This document shows positions 54,456 through 64,000 of a stretch of 64,000 nt of DNA, in pieces. Position 1 is the first letter of the stretch. Each line of letters begins with the position of its first letter. This stretch comes from Octopus bimaculoides (lineage: Eukaryota), in NCBI RefSeq assembly GCF_001194135.2, contig NC_068993.1, forward strand, positions 44,898,377-44,962,376, given 5' to 3'. The notes under the pieces were generated by a model that was not told the origin of the DNA, made no database searches, and saw nothing but the letters and a program-made list of their open reading frames with translations. Both the position numbers and the translations under genes were made by a program.

Positions 54456-55655
54456 ACTACGCTCAAGTTCACACACACACACACAACATGCACACACATA
54501 TGATTAGGTTAATATCTGTTTTTTCCTATATTAGCATGGTCTGGATATTTATGTATGTGTGTGTGTGTTATCACATGGTAATTGTAAACAAGCATCACCA
54601 GCACACAAGTGGTGTCCTTCTTTTCCAGTCTTCCATGAAATCATGTCCGACAAGGGAAATATATTACCTTTCTTGAAGACCGATGATGGCTGGTATCCGG
54701 TATCCAGCCATAGGAAATCTACCTCAACGAATTTCGTCTAACCCATGCAAGCATGGCAAAGTGGACATTAAAATAATGATGATATAATCAATAAGTAGTT
54801 CATTAGGAAGTAGTGGCAGTGTTCAGACCCCTCCATAAACCTTGAGCAGCCAATGAGAGAAGGTCATATTCTAGTATAACTTCCTGTGGAAGGAAAGAGA
54901 TATGTGGAATGTGTTGAAAGCTATATGCAGATGTAAAGAATCAGCTGCGCTTATCTGGAAGCTAAAAGCAAAAAGGCAGTATCTTTTGTCTTTTACTTGT
55001 TTTAGTCTTTAGACAGTGGCCATGGTGGAGCATTGCCTTGAAGAATTTTAGTTGAATGAATTGACCCCAATACTTATTATTTTTTCTGTAAAGCCTGGTA
55101 CTTATTCTGTTGGGTTCTTTTGCTGAACCACTAAGGTATGGGGATGTAAACACACCAACACTGGTTGTCAAACAATAGTGTAAGGTGAAGACGTACACAA
55201 AAATACACACACGATAGGCTTCTTTCAGTTTCCATCTATCAGATCCACTCACAAAGCTTTGGCCAGCTCAAGACTACAGCAGAAGACACTTGCCCTAGGT
55301 GTCACGCAGTAGGACTGAACCCTGGACCATGTGGTTGGGAAGCAAACTTCATACCACACAGCCACATCTGTGTTTCAATTTAAAATCCAAACATTTACTA
55401 TGCTGAGAGTAATAAGGGTGCATACGTACTAATTCGACAAAGTAAATATGTCAGGGCATTTCTGTTTGGAGCACCGGTTTACCAGTTTTCTTGCCAGTGT
55501 TTACATATCTTGTTGATTAACGTTACTGAAAGATGAGTTCATACATACACATATGTATGAACTCATGATGAGTTTCTATACAGCTTTAGTCTCCAAATTC
55601 CACTGTAACTATATCAACTCATGCTGAGATGTGTGTTTATGTGTGTGTGTGTGCA

Positions 55656-55699
<44 letters not shown>

Positions 55700-57102
55700 C
55701 ATGAATGCGGAAGCCATGTTTTCACCTCTTCAACAAGATACCTGAAGAGGTGAATACATACCTGTTCCTGTATGCACCTCCATCATACTTTTACATTCGT
55801 CAATATTCCATTCAGTTTAGGGGTCTTGTTTTACTAGTGCTGGTGCCGAATGAAAAGCACCCAGATCACTCTGTAAAGTGGCTGGCATTAGGAAGGGCAT
55901 CTTGGTGTATGAACCATGCCATAACAGACATTGGAGCTCAGCACAATCCTCTTGCTTGTTGTTTCCTGTCAAACCATCTAGCATATGCCAGCATGGAAAA
56001 AGGGGCTTTGAATGAAGATTTGGTGTGTATATGCACATATATATGTATATGCATATACATACATACATGGAAAACAGATGTTAAATGATGATGATGATGA
56101 TATATATATATAGAAAAGACTTTTACATAATTTCCATAAATCAAATTTCATTCCCAAGATGTGATTGAAGCAAGGTTATGGAAAATACCCAACTATAGAA
56201 TTAGAACTGGAAATTTTAAAAAATTGCTATAGAAAAAAAGAAAACTAGTAATCAATATGATTATTATTGCTTTATACAATGAATATGAGAGCAGCCTTTT
56301 GCTTAATTCCTGCAATTAAATATTGCAATGTGAGGTGAGGATTCATGCAAAATTATATTTTGATAAAGAAATGAATGTAACTTGCTAATGTACATAGCTT
56401 CTGCTACTAATGTCAGTGGTTTCTGTTAATTAATTAATTGCAAGAGATCAAATTATGTCATTTTAATATGAAATATCAGTTAAATGTTTAATTATATTTC
56501 AATGTATTCATCATATCAGCCATTTATTTATTTATTTGAAAAAAAATTTTTTTTTTTTATTGAAATTTTATTCAAAGTTTAGAAATGTTAATAGTATATT
56601 TTAATTAAAACGTATAGTTTTTTTTTTTTTTTAAGTGAGAATGATTGAAACAGTTTCTTGCAGAAGAAGCAAAGTGTTTGAGGAAATATTGGACTTTACA
56701 AGCTGGAAAATAATCAAATTCAATCTATTCTGAGTGCTTTATTACACCTCTGTGCAAGACAGATTGTTTGTATGTGATTTGTTGATGTGGAATAATTGCC
56801 AAATCTTTTGGGGAGGTTAGCCACAACAGACTGGCAGCCCAACAAGAGGGTGACTTATTGCTCATTTTTTTAATGCAACAGAATCAAGAACTTTAGGCAA
56901 GTCCTTCTTGTTGGTGAATAGAGTTGTTAGCAGGCATAGCTCTGTGGTAAGAACTTTTCTTTCCAACCTGTAGTTCCAGGTTTACTTCCACTGAGTGGCA
57001 CCTTGGGCAAGTGTCTTTTACTATAGCCTCAGGTCATCCAAAGCCTTGTGAGTGGATTTGACAGACAGAAACTGAAAGAAGCCTGTCATACCTATCTGTC
57101 TA

Positions 57103-57156
<54 letters not shown>

Positions 57157-57253
57157 AGTCTGTTTTACTTTATGAAGATGAATATTTTAAGTATTTCTTT
57201 CTTAAGTCACATCAGAGATGTGATTTTGATTTTGTGTTTTTAAAGTTTACACT

Positions 57254-57330
57254 CATGTAGTAATATATAATAATACATTCATGTAATAATATATAATAAT
57301 ACATTCATGTAGTAATATATAATAATACAT
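57254..57330. repeat. 26-bp x 3 AT-rich tandem repeat abutting a SINE head
   Basis: CATGTAGTAATATATAATAATACATT x3 with one substitution. Confidence 0.9.
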
Positions 57331-58075
57331 AAGGTGGTGAGCTGGCAGAGTTGTTAGCATGTTGGGCAAAATGTTTAGCAGCATTTCATCTGTCTTTATG
57401 TTCTGAGTTCAAATTCCACTGAGGTTGACTTTACCTTTCATCCTTTCAGGGTTGATAAAATAAATACCAGTTGAATACTGGTGTTGATGTAATTGACTTA
57501 ACCCTTCCTTGAAATTGCTGGCCTTGTGCCGAAATTTAAAATCAATATATTATAATAAATGTGTGTGTGTGTGTGTGTGTGTGAATTTATAATAAAAGCA
57601 ATTTAACATTAACCTGAAGAATTACTCAATGCTTTTTGTAGAGTGCATGTTTATTGTACTTTTACAAGAAGGTAGGCTGACAGTGATTTTGAAGTTTCAG
57701 CCTGCTGGCCTTTGTCAAACTATATATAGTGTGTGTATATATACATACACACATATATATCCATATATACACACATATATAAAGAAAAATTCCCCCTCCA
57801 AAATTTCAGTTTTGAAATAATAAAAAAATTAGTTAAATAACCTTTATTATTAAACTAGTGTTTAAGGTGGCAAATTGGCAAAACCATTAGCCTGCCATAT
57901 AAAATGCTTAGTGGCATTTCGTCTGTCATTATGTTCTGAGTTCAAATTCTACCATGGATGACTTTGCTCTTCATCCTTTCGGGGTTGATAAAATAAGTAT
58001 CAGTCAAGCACTGGGGTTGATGTAATCGATTATCCTCTTCCTCCCGGATGTTAGGCCTTGTGCCTACAGTAGAAA
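57330..58075 (+). mobile_element. Two sense family-A SINEs (~57330-57545 and ~57860-58075) upstream of the MTMR exon
   Basis: AAGGTGGTGAGCTGGCAGA head, TTCTGAGTTCAAATTC and TTCATCCTTTC.GGGTTGATAAAAT.A blocks. Confidence 0.85.
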
Positions 58076-58834
58076 GAATGATTAAACTGGTATTTGAAAC
58101 ATATTTTGTTCTATCTCGGAAAAGTCATTATATTAGTAATAAAAACATGCGCTGGTTCCATTTTGTTTGTTAATTGACAATTGGTTAACTATTTAACCAG
58201 TTAATTGGTTGATTGATTAATCATTTAGTTAACCAATCAGTTATGTTTGTCCAAATCTTTTTGTCACCATTTGCAAATCAAACAATCACATAACCTCTCT
58301 ACTCCAATCAGTTTAACATGAAATATTTATGAAAGGTTTTAATTTAGATCCCTTTAAAACAGGGAGTTTGTATTGTAGAACCAAGGGCAATTTCAGGCAG
58401 GTTAGTATCAAAAGGGTTAAACCAAAATCAATGTGTCGAACATAAAGTGAGAAAAACAAAGCCAGAATGTATTTCAGTGCCTTGTAATTTTTTTTTTTTT
58501 TTTTTGCTTGTTTTTGTACTTCTAAAATAAATCTTTAATTCAGTTAATTAGTGGTGTTAATTAGTGATATTCCCATTCCTAAACATCGTACTTGACACCT
58601 TCACTTTCACCATCTCCTGCCAGCTTCTTTGTTGTTCTTCGTTTCGATTTCTTCTGTCGTTTCTTTAATTCTTACTGAAGCTGTGATGACGTGAAGGAAG
58701 TCGAGTTAAGTGGAGAATTCTAAACTATTATTGATTCTTTTCTATTGAACTCATATCCAGGTTCATTTCAATGTTATCAGGGTCACATCACGTCACACCC
58801 TACAAACAACTTTCTACCGAAAAACAACAATAAC

Positions 58835-59050
58835 AATAATACTTTCTGCTATGAGCACAGAGTCTGAAATTTTGAGGGATGTTGTACTGGTTGATTGCAT
58901 TGATCTCAGTGCTTGACTGGTACTTATTTTATTGACCCTGGAAGGATGAAATGACAAAGTTGACCTTGACAGAATTTGAACTCAGAAAGTAAAGAGCCGA
59001 AAGAAATACCACTAAACATTTTCTCCGATGTGCTAATGGTTCTGTCAACA
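58835..59050 (-). mobile_element. Antisense family-A SINE about 200 bp upstream of the MTMR exon acceptor
   Basis: CTGGTACTTATTTTATTGACCCTGGAAGGATGAAA...GAATTTGAACTCAGAA. Confidence 0.82.
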
Positions 59051-59251
59051 ACAACAACAATAATAAAGAAAGAAATAAAATCTTAAAGATCCTAATTAAT
59101 TGTTATTTCCTTCACCAACTTCCACTCATTCCTCACCCATTCCTCATCTCACTTTGCAGTGAAATTTGAATCCCATGCCTTTATTCTATGAAGTTCAATC
59201 ACCATTCTTGTTTTCTTATTCTTTCTCTTCTTTTTTTTAAATTTCTTCAAG

Positions 59252-59368
59252 GTTGAGAATGTGAAATGGTTGGATCGTGTCAACCCCCGCAAGTCATCGG
59301 AAGGTACTTTACATTTAACCGCCACCCACCTGATTTTTGTGGACAACGTTCGGAAAAAGGAAACATGG
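59252..59368 (+). CDS. MTMR6/7/8: Internal coding exon (vertebrate exon 2 equivalent) of a myotubularin-related phosphoinositide phosphatase, MTMR6/7/8 subfamily; N-terminal PH-GRAM region
   Basis: Pyrimidine tract plus TTCAAG acceptor ending at 59251; TGG|GTAAGT donor at 59369. 117 nt, open in phase 0: VENVKWLDRVNPRKSSEGTLHLTATHLIFVDNVRKKETW. This aligns by eye to human MTMR6 as I recall it (VEQVKLLDRF...GTLYLTATHLLFID...KETW, also 39 codons). Missed by the ORF track because it has no start codon. Confidence 0.93.
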
Positions 59369-59757
59369 GTAAGTTATAAATAATCTTTCAGCTTCTGTAA
59401 TCTGGTTTAACTGACTCAAATTTGAGCAAGTGTGAATTAAGAAACTTTGTGCTAATGTTTGCCATAATGGCTGTTAACTTTATTTTCCATGAGCATCTAT
59501 ATAATCACTTAGCAACCAGAAATAGCAACCAGATTTCCCTAAAATCATACCTAGCATGGTAACTGTAGGAAGAATACATTAGACAATGTAATCCTGGACA
59601 TACTTTAGCTGAATAAAAGATAGGATTACGTCAGAAATGTTTCAGCCAAGGTTAAATGTTTCAGAGACAGACTGACTAGTTGGTGTTTTAGCATGACTTT
59701 AAGCAACTGAATCAACTATTTAGCTCTCATCAATCAGATGGCACTTGTAATTTCATG

Positions 59758-59825
<68 letters not shown>

Positions 59826-60520
59826 TAAAAATAAAAAAATATAAAAAAGTGTTTTGTATGATCATGTATAGAGGAATATATTATTTAAAAGAGTTCCAAC
59901 TCTGTCTGTTTTTTATGTTTTATTTATATTCTTATCAAATTAATGTGGTATATAGAATATGGAATATATAATATAAATAGTAAAATGAAATGAAGTATTG
60001 AATGTCGTATTGAATATATGAAATATTGAGTATTAAATATAGAGTATTAAATATATAAGGACTAGTATACTTTCCTGCCTCATGGCATTCACCAAGGTGA
60101 CAGATATCACAGACATGCCAGCAAGGTAGGCAGTCCCTACCTTGAATAAAATAGATTGATAGCAACATTTTTCTTTTATGGCAAAATATGCACCTAATTC
60201 AATAAAATTATGAAGGTTACTCTGATTACTATGCATAAAATACAAAATATTTTATTTTCTTGTAGATTAGGTAGGGATAATTTGCCCCTGCCTTTCATTT
60301 TCAGTATTTAAACCATGCATAGTAATGCCGTAGTACACGTTGTGTACACTCCTACATTTTCTTTACGGGCTATAAAGGCAGAAGTAAATCTGCCTTCAAC
60401 TTAGTCACGCACCTATATTTCGCTTATTTTTTCTGTGTTTTACTACATAAAGGTCACCAACTGCCTACCCTGAGTAGTTACTGACGGCACGGGCCTGATA
60501 CATACACACACAGACATATA

Positions 60521-60733
60521 CAGGGTTGGTCAAAAGTCACCCAACAGTAAATCAAAATTCCATAAATACTATCTGTAATTCTGATTTGATTCGAATGGAA
60601 AAATGTGTCGCTCAAGAAGGACTTCAGTTTGAACAATTTTCATATTTAGATGCTTTTATTAAATTCATCCAGTTGTTAAGCATAAATAAATCTTGGAATT
60701 AAATGGTTTTGATTTACTGCTTTTGACATCCTG
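60521..60733 (+). mobile_element. Tc1/mariner-superfamily internally deleted element (MITE) with a transposase C-terminal remnant
   Basis: TA|CAGGGTTGGTCAAAAG...CAGTAAATCAAAA on the left; TTTTGATTTACTGCTTTTGACATCCTG|CA on the right (inverted counterpart with a small indel). Internal frame IRMEKCVAQEGLQFEQF resembles the RL..C....G.HFE end of DD37D/mariner-type transposases. Confidence 0.7.
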
Positions 60734-61828
60734 CATTGAAAGATCATTTCTCGAAAATTGGCAAAATAGAAAAATTATTCAATCGGAATCTCTAAAGCGA
60801 GTTTATTTTCTATTTGTAGTCATGAAATCCAATTTGTTTTCTTAAAATTCTCCATGGAAAGAAGAAATATTAGCCAATGTTAATTGAAGAGATTGTCTTC
60901 AAACAGCAGTGGCAAGTGCTATTAAACAAAATGTCAGGTGTGAGCAAGGTGCACATAATGTTGCCTAGTGCAATGTGTGTCTATTAACAGTATGCAAACT
61001 AATTTTTGCTGCAGCAGGAAGTTTCAACTGGACTTAAATATCACGGAATTGTCTATAGTTACATCATCATCATCACTTGCTAAACATCATCGTTACCTTT
61101 AACACAACCATAATCATCATCATGCATACCACCATCACCATTCTTCATCACTACCACTATCATCACCATCACAACCATTTTTATCACTATCATCATCAGC
61201 AGCATTACTACCATCATCATCGTCATCAACACTGCTACAATCATCAATATCGTCTTCTTTACCACAGTCATCATCATCACCATAATCGTATTACCACCAG
61301 CATCATCACCACCACCACCATTAACCAAACCATCACCACTACCACAATCACCACCACCTGCATCAGCAACCATCTTCCTACTCATCATCATCATCATCTC
61401 CATTAACCATCATCAGTAGCTACACCAGGATTTCCACCATCATTATCACGGCCACCACCATCACCATCATTAGTTTTGCTTCCCTGTTTCCATGCTGGCA
61501 TGGCTTTGACAGGTGCATTATCTATCCTGACTCGGTGGTTGCTTTCAGGAGATGTAGTTACATCTTCTGGAAGCAAGGAAGAAGAGATTATGGTGGTGGT
61601 GGCAATGGTGGCGATTTTGTTGTTGTTTGTGCATGTGTATTTCGTGTCTGTCTGCTGTCATGTGTTCGCAAGCAGTCATCTAGTAAGCATACTACCTCAT
61701 TAGCCATTAATGAGTCCTGGTCAACGTCTTTTTGAATATAAGCTACATAATTACATACAGTCCTCTGAGCCACTTCTGAAAATTATGTAAGGCATATGTA
61801 TGTATGTATGTATGTATGTATGTGTGTA

Positions 61829-61870
<42 letters not shown>

Positions 61871-62289
61871 TTGCATGCCTTTGCTGTGAGCGTGTTTGTG
61901 AGTGTATGCGTGAACCATACTGTTGTCTTCAATAGACAGCAGACAAAAAAAAACACAGTTATAATATTTAGAAGTTTAGTAAGCAATAGGTACAGTATTG
62001 ATCACTTCGGCACGCAGTCTAACTAATAAGTTACATTATTAAGTTGTTAGCTTGTTGTTGTTGTGGTAGTTGCTGTTTCTTTTATACAGATATTTGAAAT
62101 ATTGATTTTGCTTGCTTGTTGGCTTGTTTTATGAAGCACATGGCAATTTTAGTTGAGGAGAGAGTGCAAACCTAGTAATTACTGGTATTTATTGTTAACT
62201 AAAGGGACAGATGATGAAATCTAGGTTGGCAGTATCTTTAGTAGTAGTAATAATAACAACAACAACAACAACAACAACAATAATAATAA

Positions 62290-62610
62290 TAATAATAATA
62301 ATCTTTTTTACTAAAGGCAGAAGGCCTGAAATTTTGGGGGAGGATGATTAGTTGATTACATCGACCCCAGTATTTCACTTGTACTTAATTTATCAACCCC
62401 AGAAGGATGAAAAGCAAAGTTGACTTTGGCGGAATTTGAACTCAGAACATAGCGATTCCAGTACTCCACTGGTACTATTTTATCAACCCCGAAAAGATGA
62501 AAGGCAAAGTTGACCTCGGCAACATTTGAATTCAGAATGGAAAAATAGATGAAATTCCACTTACCATTTTGCCTGGCGTGCTAATGATTCTGTCAACTTA
62601 CTACCTTAAT
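62290..62610 (-). mobile_element. Antisense family-A SINE with an internally duplicated central domain, downstream of the MTMR exon
   Basis: TTTATCAACCCC..AA.GATGAAA.GCAAAGTTGAC occurs twice (~62390 and ~62480). Confidence 0.8.
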
Positions 62611-63738
62611 AATAATAATAATAGTAATAATGATGATAATAATAATATGAATATCTTTCTTAATAAGCGTGACTTTGAAGTTGTGAAAATGCTTGTAGTT
62701 GTGGCTACGGTTTATTCAGAAGAGAATTAGCCATACTGAAGTGATCTAACCATACTGAAGTGATCTAACCATAATGGGCTAACTTCAATACCAAGGCACT
62801 GAAAGCTATCAACTCATTTTTCCTGGCAAACAAAATAAAGGTCTGTTTGCCCTATAAGCTATTCCAGGAACTAGCAGAACTAGGTTCACATACCTGCTAT
62901 AGTGCTGGCCTAATCTTGAACCATGAAGTCAGTTAAGGCCTCAGAATGATGACTCCTTTTCCCATTCAGACTGGTATAATGAATCTGTTGATAAAAGATG
63001 TCCCACTGTGAATTACTATATGGTTGCTGTCTCCTAATTTTAACATATCTTTGGAAGTCATGGATATTCTGTACAGACTGTCATGGTGAAGTTGAGTGTT
63101 GGTGGTGTTTCTGCAGTTGGATACGAGATCTATATTAATTAGGTCTTGCCAATGAGACATTTGATAGTGACACAATGAGGGTAAAACTCCAGGGAAATGT
63201 CTTAGTCCTTTTCGTGTTAGATGATTCTAGAATGACAGAACATCAATAGAAACGACTGTTATTTTGTAGAATAGTTGGGAAACATAATAATTTCACATAA
63301 CATGTACAGGGAGTGGAATGGCTGGATTAAGTGGCAGACAAAGGATTGAAGGAAGAAAAGGTGTAAGAAAGGAAGGAAGGAAGAGAGAAAAGAATAAGGT
63401 GAAATTATGTAAGAAGAAAAGATTCAAATGAGAAATGTTATATTAAAGACAGACATAAAATTGGCGTTAATAATAAATTCTGTAATGACATACCTTGGTG
63501 TTTGCTGTCAAGTCTGCTTCTATGATTAACTTTACAGCTATATTATTTAAACTGAATCTCATTTAATAAAGCTGCCTTTGAAATATGATCAAAGTTGTAT
63601 CAAACTATCTTCTATGAAATAACAACAGCGCCAATAAACGGTGTGCTTTAAAAATAAGCACAGAGAGAGACAGAGGGGGGAGAGAGAGAGAGAGAGATTT
63701 TCATATAGTTACTAAATATATTTTTAATATATATTTAA

Positions 63739-64000
63739 GTGCAGGCATGTATGTGTGGTAAGAAGCTTGCTTTCTTGTCACATGGTTCCAGGTTCAGTCC
63801 CATTGTGTAGCACCTTGGGCAAGTGTCTTCTGTTATAGCCCTGGGCCAACCAAAACCTTGTGAGTGAATTTAGTAGACAGAAACTGGAAGAAGCTCATTG
63901 TGTGTGTATCTATCTGTCTTTGTGCATGTGTTTGCCCACCACAACTGCCTGACAACTGGTGTTGGTGTGTTTACATCCCCGTAACTTAGCAGTTTGACAA
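63739..64000 (+). mobile_element. Family-B SINE running off the window end
   Basis: GCAGGCATG..TGTGTGGTAAGAAGCTTGC...GGTTCAGTCCC...CACCTTGGGCAAGTGTCTTC. Confidence 0.88.

Noticed and set aside
63494-63562. Minus-strand ATG ORF MRFSLNNIAVKLIIEADLTANTK ending at a strong AAG|GTATGT donor
   Set aside because: No homology and no partner exon; such signals are expected by chance in 64 kb. Only antisense junction reads would rescue it.
59369-64000. Search for MTMR exon 3 (ILHxHIxxVEKL...CKNF)
   Set aside because: Not found by eye on the plus strand; presumably beyond the window. The canonical MEHIxTPK exon 1 was also not found upstream and may lie outside the window or in a gap.

Overview
Eukaryotic, very AT-rich, repeat-dense DNA from a short-read scaffold with six N-gaps. 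The SINE families and the CA/AT/AAT/ATC microsatellite load look to me like an octopod cephalopod genome; this is recognition from memory, not a database result. Only one host coding exon is well supported: a 117-nt, phase 0-0 internal exon at 59252-59368 (+) encoding VENVKWLDRVNPRKSSEGTLHLTATHLIFVDNVRKKETW. This is the start of the PH-GRAM domain of a myotubularin-related protein of the MTMR6/7/8 subfamily and corresponds to vertebrate exon 2. I could not find the canonical MEHIxTPK-type first exon or exon 3, so most of the window is probably giant intron and/or upstream intergenic DNA. The rest is dozens of SINEs from at least four families (often nested or in head-to-tail arrays), MITEs (piggyBac-like TTAA, hAT, Tc1/mariner, Tc2/pogo-like), decayed LINE 3' ends and simple repeats. 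Almost all ORF-track entries are microsatellite or SINE artefacts. The exception is an intact 69-aa ORF with two C2H2 zinc fingers at 40235-40444. I found no convincing new multi-gene system. The best leads are the zinc-finger mini-ORF, two pre-miRNA-sized hairpins, inverted SINEs around the MTMR exon, candidate promoters/first exons, a 45-bp direct-repeat insertion and a MITE that appears to have copied neighbouring DNA.
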